From Desulfocapsa sulfexigens DSM 10523 (lineage in GTDB: Bacteria > Desulfobacterota > Desulfobulbia > Desulfobulbales > Desulfocapsaceae), in the NCBI RefSeq assembly GCF_000341395.1, contig NC_020304.1, positions 3,630,001 through 3,662,000 of the forward strand: a stretch of DNA of 32,000 bases, written 5' to 3'. The translations under genes were made by a program, and so were the position numbers. Position 1 is the stretch's first letter; each line of letters starts with the position of its first letter. Under the pieces are notes generated by a model. That model was not told the DNA's origin. It worked only from the letters and a program-made list of their open reading frames with translations, and ran no database searches. This document shows positions 1-10,111 of this stretch, in pieces.

Positions 1-3
1 CTT

Positions 4-1932
4 ATGGAACTCAACGCCAACATCCCCTCCGGCCCCTTAGCTGAAAAATGGGACAACCATCGTTTTTCCTCAAAACTTGTCAATCCTGCCAATCGCAGGA
101 AGTATAGAATTATCGTTGTGGGGACAGGCCTTGCCGGGGCCTCAGCTTCAGCAACTCTAGCAGAACAGGGCTATGAAGTGAGTACCTTCTGTATCCAGGA
201 CAGCCCGAGACGTGCCCACTCCATTGCGGCCCAGGGCGGCATTAATGCCGCCAAGAACTACCAGAATGATGGTGATTCCATTCAACGCCTCTTCTACGAT
301 ACCATTAAAGGTGGAGATTTCAGATCCCGTGAAGCCAATGTGTACAGGCTGGCTCAGGTCAGTAATAACATCATTGATCAGTGTGTTGCTCAGGGAGTTC
401 CTTTTGCCCGGGAATACGGCGGGACTCTCGCCAACAGGTCGTTTGGAGGGGCACAGGTTTCACGAACCTTTTATGCACGCGGCCAGACCGGCCAGCAGCT
501 TCTGCTTGGTGCCTATTCAGCACTTTCCCGGCAGATAAAAAATGGCAAGGTTACCATGCACACCCGACAGGAGATGATGGATCTGGTTCTTGTTGATGGC
601 AAAGCGCGTGGTATCGTCACACGTGACATCATCAGTGGCAAACTTTCAAGCCATTCAGCAGATGCTGTAATCCTTGCCACTGGAGGGTACGGTAACGCCT
701 ATTTTCTTTCCACCAATGCCATGGCTTCGAACGTGACAGCTGCATGGCGAGCACATAAGAAGGGTGCCGGTTTTGCCAACCCCTGTTTTGTCCAGATCCA
801 CCCAACCTGCATTCCGGTTCATGGCCACTTTCAATCGAAACTGACCCTAATGAGTGAAAGTCTTCGCAATGACGGTCGTGTCTGGGTTCCTAAGAAACCC
901 GGAGATAGCAGAAGACCTGGATCAATACCGGAGGAAGAACGCGACTACTATCTTGAAAGCAAGTATCCGAGTTTTGGAAATCTTGTTCCGCGTGACGTTG
1001 CTTCGAGAAACGCAAAAGAACAGTGCGACGAAGGAAAAGGTGTCGGTACAACCAACCTTGCTGTTTACCTCGATTTTGCTGAGGCTATCCAGCGTGACGG
1101 AAAAGCCACCATCCTTAAGAAATATGGCAACCTTTTCCAGATGTATGAAAAGATCACAGCCTCTAACCCACTGCATGAGCCCATGATGATCTACCCCGCT
1201 GTTCATTACACCATGGGTGGGTTGTGGGTCGACTACAATCTGATGACCACCATCCCTGGGTTGTTCGCCATCGGGGAATGTAATTTTTCCGATCATGGTG
1301 CAAATCGCCTTGGTGCCAGTGCCCTGATGCAGGGCTTAGCCGATGGTTATTTTATTGTTGGAACTTGTATTGCAAATTATCTTGGTTCCAACCCTCTCGC
1401 TACGGTGGAAGCCTCTGAACAGCCATTTACTGAGGCACTGAAACAGGTTCAAGCCAACATCGCCAGGCTCCTGAAAAGCAGTGAAGGTGGCCCGGAAGGA
1501 AAACTAACCGTCGATGAAATTCATAAGGAGCTTGGACTTCTTCTCTGGGATCATTGCGGCATGGCCAGAAATAAGGAAGGTCTGGAAAAAGCGCTCAAAG
1601 AACTGCCTCTCATACAGAAAAAATTTTGGGATACCGTGTATATTCCTGGTACCGGTGAAGAACTCAATCAATCTCTTGAACGCGCCGGGCGACTTGCAGA
1701 TTTTCTGGAATTTGCCGAAATTATGATTCGCGATGCACTGGCTCGTGAAGAATCCTGTGGCTGTCACCTCCGTGAAGAGAGCCAGACTGAAGAAAATGAG
1801 GCAAAACGTGATGATGCCGGATACAGTCATGTTTCAGTGTGGGAACATATGGGGGATGGTGAAGAACCGACTCTCCATAAAGAAGACCTGATTTTTGAAA
1901 ACGTTACTCCAAGCCAGCGAAGTTATAAATAA
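4..1932 (+). CDS. sdhA: Succinate dehydrogenase / fumarate reductase flavoprotein subunit
   Basis: Full 642-codon ORF from ATG at 4. It has the N-terminal dinucleotide fold [14 protein letters not shown], the covalent-FAD histidine context [15 protein letters not shown], the motifs IHPTC and [10 protein letters not shown], and [10 protein letters not shown] near the C-terminal domain. A membrane anchor gene would lie upstream, off-window. Confidence 0.93.
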   Translation: MELNANIPSGPLAEKWDNHRFSSKLVNPANRRKYRIIVVGTGLAGASASATLAEQGYEVSTFCIQDSPRRAHSIAAQGGINAAKNYQNDGDSIQRLFYDTIKGGDFRSREANVYRLAQVSNNIIDQCVAQGVPFAREYGGTLANRSFGGAQVSRTFYARGQTGQQLLLGAYSALSRQIKNGKVTMHTRQEMMDLVLVDGKARGIVTRDIISGKLSSHSADAVILATGGYGNAYFLSTNAMASNVTAAWRAHKKGAGFANPCFVQIHPTCIPVHGHFQSKLTLMSESLRNDGRVWVPKKPGDSRRPGSIPEEERDYYLESKYPSFGNLVPRDVASRNAKEQCDEGKGVGTTNLAVYLDFAEAIQRDGKATILKKYGNLFQMYEKITASNPLHEPMMIYPAVHYTMGGLWVDYNLMTTIPGLFAIGECNFSDHGANRLGASALMQGLADGYFIVGTCIANYLGSNPLATVEASEQPFTEALKQVQANIARLLKSSEGGPEGKLTVDEIHKELGLLLWDHCGMARNKEGLEKALKELPLIQKKFWDTVYIPGTGEELNQSLERAGRLADFLEFAEIMIRDALAREESCGCHLREESQTEENEAKRDDAGYSHVSVWEHMGDGEEPTLHKEDLIFENVTPSQRSYK

Positions 1933-1944
1933 TAGAGAATTATT

Positions 1945-2703
1945 ATGTCCATAGATACCATAGACCTCAGCCTTGAAATCTGGCGCCAGAAAGACTCCAA
2001 AGCAACTGGAAATTTTGAAACCTATGCCCTGCAAAACATCTCCACGGGTATGTCATTTCTGGAAATGCTCGATGTCCTGAATGAGAATCTCACCCGAGCA
2101 GGAAAAGACCCGGTAGCATTTGACCATGACTGCCGTGAAGGTATCTGTGGGATGTGTGGCGCTGTGATCAACGGCGTCGCCCATGGCCCTGAGCCAGAGA
2201 CTACCCTCTGCCAGCTTCATATGCGCCACTTCAAAACTGGTGACACACTGGTCATAGAACCCTTCAGGTCACGTGCTTTTCCAATCCGGAAAGATCTCAT
2301 TACAGATCGTAGTGCTCTCGACAGAATCATTCAGGCGGGTGGCTATGTCTCCGTAAACACCGGGGGAACCCCGGATGGTAATACTATCCCCATCCCCTCT
2401 GCTACTGCAGAACTTGCAATGGATGCAGCTTCCTGTATTGGCTGTGGTGCCTGCGTTGCTAGTTGCCCAAATGGGGCGGCCATGCTCTTCACAGGTGCAA
2501 AGATCTCCCAGCTCTGCCTTTTACCTCAGGGCCAGCCGGAACGGACTGAACGTGCATTAGCCATGGTAAAAGCCATGGACACCGAAGGATTTGGAAATTG
2601 TACCAATGAACGTGAATGTGAGGCGGTCTGTCCCAAGGGGATTTCAATTAGAAACATTGCCAGAATGAACAAGGAATTTGTCAAGGCAACATTTTTCGGA
2701 TAA
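1945..2703 (+). CDS. sdhB: Succinate dehydrogenase / fumarate reductase iron-sulfur subunit
   Basis: Starts 12 nt after the sdhA stop. It has three Cys clusters: [10 protein letters not shown] (2Fe-2S type), [12 protein letters not shown] and [12 protein letters not shown]. Length is 252 aa. Confidence 0.92.
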   Translation: MSIDTIDLSLEIWRQKDSKATGNFETYALQNISTGMSFLEMLDVLNENLTRAGKDPVAFDHDCREGICGMCGAVINGVAHGPEPETTLCQLHMRHFKTGDTLVIEPFRSRAFPIRKDLITDRSALDRIIQAGGYVSVNTGGTPDGNTIPIPSATAELAMDAASCIGCGACVASCPNGAAMLFTGAKISQLCLLPQGQPERTERALAMVKAMDTEGFGNCTNERECEAVCPKGISIRNIARMNKEFVKATFFG

Positions 2704-2708
2704 AATAT

Positions 2709-3242
2709 TCAATTCGACTCCTCACCTATCAGCAGACATCCCCCTCCATTAGAAAATGCAGGGGGATCATTACTTACACTGAAATCAAAAAAGTTAAGTC
2801 CGAATGAAATATCAGTAAGTACCAGAGGAATCTGCGGGTACTCCAAACGCAAAAATTCACTCAATTCAAAAATCTGCAGATTGTTACGCCCGGTGAATAC
2901 CTTGGCCGGACGATAACTATGTGAGAGGAAAAAGCTGAATTTCCGTGGTTTTTTATAACCCTCGACGATTACTCCATTCAATCGTATTGAAAGACGATTT
3001 TCACATTCAAATATCTGCTGCGTAGCAATTTCAGCCAACAGGATGTTCCCTTGAAGAGGCTTGCTGGTACGAACATCGTCCACATAGTCAACAGGCAATA
3101 CCACCATTCCATCCGGCATATAAAACGAGGCGATCTCGCTCAAAGCCTCAATAAAGTCATCGGAAATCTGTTGGGCTTGCATATCTTTCCTTACTGCATA
3201 ATCAAAGGGTGATTCAAGATTCACACTTTCCTCTCTTGACAC
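2709..3242 (-). CDS. Hypothetical protein (177 aa, no recognisable family)
   Basis: GTG-initiated ORF with no competing ORF on either strand, no signal peptide and no TM segment. Its stop lies only 5 nt from the sdhB stop (convergent). Coding status rests on length only. Confidence 0.5.
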   Translation of the reverse strand: MSREESVNLESPFDYAVRKDMQAQQISDDFIEALSEIASFYMPDGMVVLPVDYVDDVRTSKPLQGNILLAEIATQQIFECENRLSIRLNGVIVEGYKKPRKFSFFLSHSYRPAKVFTGRNNLQIFELSEFLRLEYPQIPLVLTDISFGLNFFDFSVSNDPPAFSNGGGCLLIGEESN

Positions 3243-3336
3243 CTCAGTAGAAGCAAAATGAAAAAATCATCAGGGCATTGCTTTTTTTAGTGTAATTACT
3301 TTTATACGATTTGCCTGTTTCGTAATCACTATAGCG

Positions 3337-3366
3337 TGGATAAAACAGCTATATGAAGTATATAAT
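3337..3366 (+). promoter_or_regulatory. Candidate sigma70-type promoter for the downstream flavoprotein gene
   Basis: TGGATA (3337-3342), an 18-nt spacer, then a perfect TATAAT (3361-3366), about 150 nt upstream of the ATG at 3514. Pattern match only. Confidence 0.3.
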
Positions 3367-3513
3367 CATAAAATCCAATCCAATCACAGAGTCTTCATTC
3401 CTCTATGCGAGCAGATGAGGAGTTTTTTTTTACTAATTGGCCTGATATTATTAAGATGTTATCCTGTGGTGGATTAAAACAGTTATTCTATTTTTTTTCA
3501 GGCTTACTAAAAA

Positions 3514-4545
3514 ATGCGTGTTCATACTCTAATCATAGGTGGCGGCCCCGGTGGACTTGCATGCGCAAAAGTCCTGGCCGATGCAGGTATAGATACCCTT
3601 GTCCTTGAACGAAAACAGACCATTGGCCCCAAGGTTTGTGCCGGAGGAATCACCTGGAGTGGATTAATCAGCCGTGTCCCTGAAGACCTTGCTGAAAAAA
3701 GTTTCCCACTTCAACATATTAAAACACCTCTCCAAAGTACCTGTATACAAGAAGAGATTCCCATTATTGCCACAGTAAACCGTGAACGACTCGGACAATA
3801 TATGGCACGACTTGCAACCGATGCTGGCGCCGAAATTCGTACCGGAGTCATGGTACGAAGTGTTTCAGAGGGCTCTGTCAAAATTCAGGACAGGACAAAC
3901 CTCAGGCTGGACACAATACATTTCGACAATTTAGTTGGGGCGGATGGCTCAAGTTCTCTGGTACGGCGACATCTTGGCATTCCATGCGAGCAGCTTGGCA
4001 TAGGGATAAATTATCAACTCCCTGGTGATGTAGTTAAAATGGAATGGCATCTCAACAATCGACTCTTTGGCAACGGCTATGCGTGGATTTTTCCGCACAG
4101 AAAAACCGTTTCCATAGGTGCCTATGCCGACCGGAAAACCATGGGTCCAGGTAAACTCAAGACAAACCTCATTACCTGGGCTGCCGGGCAGGGATTTTCT
4201 CTGAAGCAACACTCCGCTAAAGCTGAATATATTAACTTTGATTTCCAGGGATGGAATTTCGGTCATATATTCCTTGCCGGTGATGCAGCTGGTCTCGCCT
4301 CGGGACTCACCGGAGAAGGAATATACCCTGCTATAATTTCCGGTGAACAGATCGCCCACACGATCATCAATCCCGATCACAGTCCTGCTGTTATGAACAG
4401 GTTGATTGCTAACCATGACAAACACAGGCGAATGGTTGCAATAAGCGGCAAAAGCGGGTTGTTCAACTCCCTGCTCGCAGAAGTGGTGACACTGGGCCTG
4501 CGATCAGGTATGATAAAATTCAGCAAACTTGAAATGGCTGTTTGA
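3514..4545 (+). CDS. FAD-dependent oxidoreductase, geranylgeranyl reductase family
   Basis: N-terminal TLIIGGGPGGLACAKVLADAGIDTLVLERK Rossmann fold, GADGSSS, and the C-terminal FLAGDAAGLASGLTGEGIY motif typical of the GGR / FixC-like flavoprotein family. Confidence 0.85.
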   Translation: MRVHTLIIGGGPGGLACAKVLADAGIDTLVLERKQTIGPKVCAGGITWSGLISRVPEDLAEKSFPLQHIKTPLQSTCIQEEIPIIATVNRERLGQYMARLATDAGAEIRTGVMVRSVSEGSVKIQDRTNLRLDTIHFDNLVGADGSSSLVRRHLGIPCEQLGIGINYQLPGDVVKMEWHLNNRLFGNGYAWIFPHRKTVSIGAYADRKTMGPGKLKTNLITWAAGQGFSLKQHSAKAEYINFDFQGWNFGHIFLAGDAAGLASGLTGEGIYPAIISGEQIAHTIINPDHSPAVMNRLIANHDKHRRMVAISGKSGLFNSLLAEVVTLGLRSGMIKFSKLEMAV

Positions 4546-4648
4546 ACAGACTAACTCCTTATTTGGCGCTAACCAGTGTTAGCAGGTCTATTCAACTTCA
4601 GCAGACTAAAAAGGTTATCAACCCCTTCCAGCACACTATCAAACCATC

Positions 4649-4915
4649 ATGACTCCACCCAAAAAAAACAACTCTCTTCTTATAAATATAGCCTTCGTGG
4701 GAGTGGCAGTGGGCCTGCTTGCATTTCTCCTGAGAGCTCCCGAAATCACCACCCCAAAGCTTCCCCACGACGACGAACACGAACGTTTTTTTGCCATGAA
4801 GAAAAAAACAGCCGGAAAAATATGTGTAGAATGCCACAGTCCCGAAGGCGTTTACCCACTCCCAGAAGACCATCCACCAAAGTACCGCTGTTTATTCTGC
4901 CATAGAAGAGATTAA
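4649..4915 (+). CDS. Small membrane-anchored dihaem cytochrome c (88 aa)
   Basis: One N-terminal TM helix (LLINIAFVGVAVGLLAFLL) followed by two CXXCH motifs (CVECH, CLFCH) separated by a PEDHPP segment. This spacing resembles a single NapB-type dihaem unit. No clear SD, so the start is uncertain. Confidence 0.7.
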   Translation: MTPPKKNNSLLINIAFVGVAVGLLAFLLRAPEITTPKLPHDDEHERFFAMKKKTAGKICVECHSPEGVYPLPEDHPPKYRCLFCHRRD

Positions 4916-4927
4916 ATGAAGCCTCTA

Positions 4928-7555
4928 TCAAGTATCCAGGCTTCTTCGCACCATCTCAAACACATCGCCTGAAAGTCCCTCCTTCTCAGCAATACGCTGT
5001 AGCTGCGCTTTCATTAACTTCTGCCGGACTGTGTCATATCGTTTCCACGTCGAAAACGGTGTGGTCAATCGTGAAGCGATCTGAGGGTTGCGCGAATCCA
5101 GGTCGATAATCTGATCAGCCAGAAAACAATACCCCTCCCCCTTCGAATTGTGAAAAGCAACATGATTACCACCGAAGGCACCTATAAGAGAACGTACCTT
5201 ATTGGGATTGGAGATAGAAAATGCAGGGTGATGCATCAAATCCTTAACCGATGCAAGTGTGGATGGCAGGCTTGAGCTGGCCTGAAGGATAAGCCACTTA
5301 TCCATGACCAGCACATCATCCTTCCATTTTTCATAGAAATTCTGAAGTAGTTCCCCGCGTTCAGGGATATCACAGTGACTCATGGCCGAGAGGACGGCAA
5401 TGACATCGGTCATATTATTGCCATTCTCATACTGTTCCATGGCCATATCCACGTCACTCTGGTCAGGTCGCTCCCCTGCAAGCAAATAGGAAAGAGCGAC
5501 GTTTTGCAACCGTCTCCGGCCCATTGCTTCAGATGTCAGTTCATACTCTCCTCTGTTTGTATTTCCCTCCCAAACCGCTCTGAATTCCGCCTGAAGGAGA
5601 TTAGCCAGTTCCCGGCGGACAAACCTTCTGGCGAGATGCAGATTGTCAGGATCGATCACCTTCATCTGCTGGGCAAGATAATTTTCCTCAGGCAAACTAA
5701 GTGCCATTCCAAGTAGCGATTTATCACTTTCCCTATCCGTCAGTATTCGTCTCACGGCATCAATAAATAACGGGTCAAGAACCGCCTGGCGATTCTGCTG
5801 CAGGACACTGGTGAGTTCCAGGATCACAGATTCACTGAGACGAAATGATGCATCCCAGCGATTAAAAGGATCGGAATCGTTGGCCATAAGAAAGGCAAGC
5901 TGTTCACGGCTCTGCCATGGTTCGACTTTCACCGGAGCCGAAAATCCACGCAGCAGCGAAAGAACCGGTTTTTCATGAATCCCCTCAAACGTGAAGGTTT
6001 CTTCCGCGCTTTTCAGCTCCAGTAGCGCGTTTTTTAGCTCCATATCATTGCCATTGCTGTCAAGAAGCCCAAAGGATATTGGGATGTGAAAAGCTTTTTT
6101 ATCTTCCATACTTTGACTTGGCGTGGAGGGACAGCGCTGGGAAAGTGTTACCTTGTACCGTTGCCCTTCAACGTCCCATTCTTCGGTGACTGTAAGCTCG
6201 GGTGTCCCCGCCTGGCTATACCAGAGTTTGAATTGATCAAGATCAACGTCGGAGGCTGTTGCCATGGCTGATACAAAATCATCACAGGTCACCGCCTGAC
6301 CGTCGTGCCGCTTAAAATACAGATCAATCCCTTTGCGGAAATCTTCAGCCCCAAGCAGAGTGTGCATCATACGGATAACCTCAGCACCCTTATTGTACAC
6401 GGTCACGGTATAAAAATTATTAATCTCCAGATAGGAATCAGGCCGGACAGAATGAGCCATGGGGCCTGAGTCCTCACGAAACTGAAAACTGCGCAGGACG
6501 CGAACATCTTCAATTCGCTGGACTGGTCGAGAATTCATGTCAGATGAAAACTCCTGATCCCGAAATACGGTAAGGCCTTCCTTCAGACTGAGCTGGAACC
6601 AGTCCCGGCAGGTTACCCTGTTGCCGGTCCAGTTATGAAAATATTCATGGGCTATCACCCCTTCCACACCAAGATAATCCTGATCCGTTGCCGTCTCGGG
6701 GCTTGCCAGGACATATTTGGAATTAAAGACATTGAGCCCCTTATTCTCCATGGCACCCATATTGAAATCGTCGACCGCAACTATCATATAGGTATCCAGA
6801 TCATATTCAAGACCGAACACCTCTTCATCCCAGGCCATACTTTTCTTGAGAGAGGTCATGGCGTGACCGCATTTTTCACGATTTTTTGCCTCCACGTAGA
6901 TGCGCAGATCAATCCTGCGCCCGGAGCATGTTGTGAATTCATCCTGGATAAAAATAAGATCCCCAGCCACAAGGGCAAAGAGATAACACGGTTTAGGGAA
7001 AGGATCCTCCCATACTGCAAAATGACGGCCGCCTTCAAGCATCCCCTCTTCGACAAGATTCCCGTTTGACAGAAGAACCGGGCAATCGACAATATCACCT
7101 TCGATACGAGTAACAAACCGTGCCATAACATCGGGCCTGTCGAGATAATAGGTTATCTTACGAAAGCCCTCCGCCTCGCACTGGGTACAGAAGTTACCGC
7201 TGGAACGATATAATCCTTCAAGCGCTGTGTTTTTGTCGGGGTAGATCCTGGTACTGACCTCAAGAACAAAGCTATCCGGCATATCAATAAGAACCATGCC
7301 TTTTCCCTCGAGTCGATACCGGGAGGCAGGCAATTCGCTTCCATCTACTGCCACAAAGAGCAACTCGAGATTTTCACCATTGAGGAAAAGCTCATTACTG
7401 TTGCTCTTCGCTTCTTGATTCCTCTGAAAAACAGATTTCGCCTTCACCACACAATCTTTTTTCCCTAGTATAAAATTCAGGTTGAGATCAGTTATAAGAA
7501 AATCTGGTACCCGATAGTCCTTGCGATAAATAGTTGAATGCTCAGTGTTTGACAT
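4928..7555 (-). CDS. pepN: Aminopeptidase N (M1 family zinc metallopeptidase)
   Basis: 875 aa with the GAMEN exopeptidase motif and HEYFHNWTGNRVTCRDWFQLSLKEGLTVF (HEXXH-18-E zinc site). SD-like AAGGGAAAAA precedes the ATG. Confidence 0.95.
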   Translation of the reverse strand: MSNTEHSTIYRKDYRVPDFLITDLNLNFILGKKDCVVKAKSVFQRNQEAKSNSNELFLNGENLELLFVAVDGSELPASRYRLEGKGMVLIDMPDSFVLEVSTRIYPDKNTALEGLYRSSGNFCTQCEAEGFRKITYYLDRPDVMARFVTRIEGDIVDCPVLLSNGNLVEEGMLEGGRHFAVWEDPFPKPCYLFALVAGDLIFIQDEFTTCSGRRIDLRIYVEAKNREKCGHAMTSLKKSMAWDEEVFGLEYDLDTYMIVAVDDFNMGAMENKGLNVFNSKYVLASPETATDQDYLGVEGVIAHEYFHNWTGNRVTCRDWFQLSLKEGLTVFRDQEFSSDMNSRPVQRIEDVRVLRSFQFREDSGPMAHSVRPDSYLEINNFYTVTVYNKGAEVIRMMHTLLGAEDFRKGIDLYFKRHDGQAVTCDDFVSAMATASDVDLDQFKLWYSQAGTPELTVTEEWDVEGQRYKVTLSQRCPSTPSQSMEDKKAFHIPISFGLLDSNGNDMELKNALLELKSAEETFTFEGIHEKPVLSLLRGFSAPVKVEPWQSREQLAFLMANDSDPFNRWDASFRLSESVILELTSVLQQNRQAVLDPLFIDAVRRILTDRESDKSLLGMALSLPEENYLAQQMKVIDPDNLHLARRFVRRELANLLQAEFRAVWEGNTNRGEYELTSEAMGRRRLQNVALSYLLAGERPDQSDVDMAMEQYENGNNMTDVIAVLSAMSHCDIPERGELLQNFYEKWKDDVLVMDKWLILQASSSLPSTLASVKDLMHHPAFSISNPNKVRSLIGAFGGNHVAFHNSKGEGYCFLADQIIDLDSRNPQIASRLTTPFSTWKRYDTVRQKLMKAQLQRIAEKEGLSGDVFEMVRRSLDT

Positions 7556-7593
7556 TTTTTCCCTTGGTTCCTGTTAGAAAAGGTTTGTTGCCG

Positions 7594-7620
7594 TTGACAG
7601 CGGCTCCTTTCCAGTATATT
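7594..7620 (+). promoter_or_regulatory. Candidate sigma70-type promoter upstream of dapL
   Basis: Perfect TTGACA (7594-7599) followed by TATATT at 7615-7620. The spacer is only 15 nt; the alternative TATTTT sits at 17 nt. Located 67 nt upstream of the dapL ATG. Pattern match only. Confidence 0.3.
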
Positions 7621-7686
7621 TTCCGACGACTTAATGAAAAGTATCTCCATATTCATTCACCATATCAAACTTGAGGCAATAATCCC

Positions 7687-8910
7687 ATGATCAAGATCAA
7701 CGAACATTATCTTAAACTTCAGGCATCCTATCTTTTTTCTAATATTGCAAAAAAGGTTGGTGAATTTCAAAAATCAAATCCTGACAAAGAAATCATTCGC
7801 CTTGGTATTGGTGACGTTACCCGTGCCTTGCCCCAGGCTTGCACCGAAGCATTTCACAAAGCCGTGGATGAAATGGCTGCAGATTCAAGTTTTCGTGGCT
7901 ATGGCCCTGAGCAGGGATATGATTTTCTCCGTGAAGCCATTGTAAAAAATGATTTTCAGTCGCGCGGTGCTGATATTGCAGCCGATGAGATCTTTGTCAG
8001 TGATGGTGCAAAATGTGATACCGGCAACATTCAGGAACTGTTTACTCAGGATGCCAGAATCGCTATCCCGGACCCTGTTTACCCCGTTTACCTCGACACC
8101 AATGTCATGGCTGGACGAACCGGAAATTTCGAAGATGGAAGATATAAGGGAATTGTCTATCTTGATGCTACGAAAGAGAACAACTATGTGCCCGGCCTGC
8201 CTGAAGAGAAAGTGGATCTCATCTACATGTGCTTTCCCAACAATCCCACCGGGTCCACCATAACTAAAGCGGAACTTCAAACATGGGTCGATTATGCAAG
8301 AGAAAATCAGGCCCTGATTCTTTTCGATGCGGCCTATGAAGCATTTATTCGTGACGAGTCCCTGCCAAAGTCCATTTATGAAATTGAGGGCGCTAAAGAA
8401 GTAGCTATAGAATTCAGATCGTTCTCCAAAAGTGCCGGATTCACCGGAACTCGCTGTGCCTACACGGTGGTTCCGAAGGAATGCACAGCTTACGATGCCA
8501 GGGGCGGCAAGCAGGCTATTCATCCATTGTGGAACCGTCGCCACTGTACCAAGTTCAATGGCGTTTCCTATCCTGTGCAGCGGGCAGCCGAGGCTGTTTA
8601 CAGTGAAGCTGGAAAAACACAGGCAAAAGAACTGGTTACAGGATATTTAAAGAATGCCGATCTTATTGCATCGGAGATTAAAAACCTTGGCTATGATTTT
8701 GTCGGGGGTGACAACTCTCCATACATCTGGATTGAAGCAAAGCGTGACTCCTGGGAGTTCTTTGACATGCTTCTTGATAAGGCAGGAGTGGTCTGTACCC
8801 CGGGAGCCGGATTTGGAAAATGCGGAGAGGGATATATCAGACTGTCTGCATTTAATTCCTACGCAAATGTGGAAAAAGCAATGGCCAGGATTAAAAAAGC
8901 TCTGGCATAA
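7687..8910 (+). CDS. dapL: LL-diaminopimelate aminotransferase
   Basis: 407 aa. N-terminus [29 protein letters not shown], and the PLP-lysine context [16 protein letters not shown] are characteristic of the DapL class of class-I aminotransferases. Confidence 0.9.
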   Translation: MIKINEHYLKLQASYLFSNIAKKVGEFQKSNPDKEIIRLGIGDVTRALPQACTEAFHKAVDEMAADSSFRGYGPEQGYDFLREAIVKNDFQSRGADIAADEIFVSDGAKCDTGNIQELFTQDARIAIPDPVYPVYLDTNVMAGRTGNFEDGRYKGIVYLDATKENNYVPGLPEEKVDLIYMCFPNNPTGSTITKAELQTWVDYARENQALILFDAAYEAFIRDESLPKSIYEIEGAKEVAIEFRSFSKSAGFTGTRCAYTVVPKECTAYDARGGKQAIHPLWNRRHCTKFNGVSYPVQRAAEAVYSEAGKTQAKELVTGYLKNADLIASEIKNLGYDFVGGDNSPYIWIEAKRDSWEFFDMLLDKAGVVCTPGAGFGKCGEGYIRLSAFNSYANVEKAMARIKKALA

Positions 8911-8919
8911 CTCCTTTTA

Positions 8920-8955
8920 CCTTCGTACTCCAGGAGATTCCCCGGAGTACGAAGG
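8920..8955. terminator. Strong hairpin between convergent dapL and ispH (possible bidirectional terminator)
   Basis: Perfect 12-bp stem CCTTCGTACTCC (8920-8931) / GGAGTACGAAGG (8944-8955) with a 12-nt loop. There is no clean U-tract on either strand, so function as an intrinsic terminator is not assured. Confidence 0.45.
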
Positions 8956-8973
8956 GTAATGGATTTCGTATGC

Positions 8974-9909
8974 CTATTTTTTTTCAAGTGTTGCAGGTTT
9001 AAAAATCAGTTTTTCCTCCTTCCCCTCCATCTCCTGAAAAGCGTTAAAGCCCTGTGTCTGCAAAAATTTAATCACATCCTGAACCAACCGTTCCGGAGCA
9101 GAGGCTCCGGCAGTGATACAGATTGTAGATACACCTTTCAGCCACTTCATTTCAATATCAGATTCGTCATCAATAAGATAGCCACGCATTCCGGCCCGTT
9201 CGCCTACTTCTCGTAATCTGTTTGAATTGGAGCTGTTTTTGGATCCAACGACCAGCAGAATATCACAGCTTTCCCCAATCTTTCGCATGGCCTCCTGCCG
9301 ATTCAAGGTTGCATAACAGATATTTGACTTCTGTCCCTTTATATTTGGAAAACGACTCAGCAAAACATCCCGTATCCCAGCTATATCATTCTGACTGAGA
9401 GTCGTCTGAGTAACATAAGCCACTCGATCGGGATCCTGAACCTCAACCCCTCTGGCCTCATCTTCTGAAGCTACCACATGGACATTTCCTAGAACCCGTC
9501 CGGCAGTTCCTTCCACCTCGGGGTGATTATGATGACCGATAATCATGACATCGTAGCCATCGGCATAATACTTCTCCACCATATTATGCACGGACCAGAC
9601 CAGAGGACAGGTACCATCGATGGTTCGCAACCCAAGTGTTTTTGCCCGCATCTCGGTCTCAACAGATACCCCATGAGCACTGAAGATACAGATGGCCTTA
9701 CGAGGGATATCAACAAGATCATTTACAAAGATAACCCCCATGTTTTCAAGTTCCTGTACCACATGTTTGTTGTGGACGATTTCATGGAGTACATAAATAG
9801 GTGAACCATATTCCTTTACTGCCAGTTTGACCGTTGATATTGCCCGATCAACTCCTGCACAAAAACCACGTGGATTTGCCAAAACAATCTTCTTGTCTTT
9901 TTTTACCAT
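8974..9909 (-). CDS. ispH: 4-hydroxy-3-methylbut-2-enyl diphosphate reductase
   Basis: 311 aa with PRGFCAGVDRAI (first cluster Cys), EIVHNKHVV, SAHGVS, GTCPLV and NSSNSNRL motifs. SD GAGGAAG lies upstream of the ATG. Confidence 0.95.
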   Translation of the reverse strand: MVKKDKKIVLANPRGFCAGVDRAISTVKLAVKEYGSPIYVLHEIVHNKHVVQELENMGVIFVNDLVDIPRKAICIFSAHGVSVETEMRAKTLGLRTIDGTCPLVWSVHNMVEKYYADGYDVMIIGHHNHPEVEGTAGRVLGNVHVVASEDEARGVEVQDPDRVAYVTQTTLSQNDIAGIRDVLLSRFPNIKGQKSNICYATLNRQEAMRKIGESCDILLVVGSKNSSNSNRLREVGERAGMRGYLIDDESDIEMKWLKGVSTICITAGASAPERLVQDVIKFLQTQGFNAFQEMEGKEEKLIFKPATLEKK

Positions 9910-10111
9910 GACTTCCTCAATTTATACATTAACACCCTAACCATCTCTTTATTATAAAAAAAATCAACCACATTGTTCACTATTATTGATCAAACTTTTT
10001 TCCAATTTGTTTTTTATTTTGGATTTGACTTGATATCATATAGAGTTTAATAAGGTGCAGTATCTAGCAGGAATTCAGCAATTTCACCACTTCCAAAAAG
10101 GAAAATAATAT

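Noticed and set aside
2709-3242. A PilZ (c-di-GMP binding) domain in the 177-aa hypothetical.
   Set aside because: Only a partial D-I-S-x-G-like element is present. The RxxxR motif is replaced by KKPRK, and the spacing to DISFG (about 45 aa) is longer than usual. The evidence is insufficient.
3398-3431. A TTCCTC...GAGGAG hairpin followed by T9, downstream of the TATAAT box at 3361. This could be a ~60-nt sRNA or a leader attenuator ahead of the flavoprotein gene.
   Set aside because: The stem is only 5-6 bp (one G-U) with a 13-nt loop, too weak to call a terminator. The T-run is part of a generally AT-rich intergenic region.
4576-4905. A 109-aa ORF overlapping the small dihaem cytochrome ORF in another frame.
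   Set aside because: The sequence is basic and low-complexity (RRRTRTFF..., SRRRLPTPRRPS) with no features. The alternative frame gives a TM helix plus two CXXCH motifs, which is far more informative.
7885-8544. Long antisense ORFs inside well-supported genes. Examples are 219 aa opposite dapL, 209 aa at 17452-18081 opposite the barrel gene, 209 aa at 29257-29886 opposite tupA, 183 aa at 12554-13105 opposite the TRAP permease, and 168 aa at 22866-23372 opposite the Fe-S subunit.
   Set aside because: Each is fully embedded in a gene with unmistakable family motifs on the other strand. Their translations are low-complexity, Cys/Arg/Ser-rich, and lack any motif, SD or signal. These are typical shadow ORFs.
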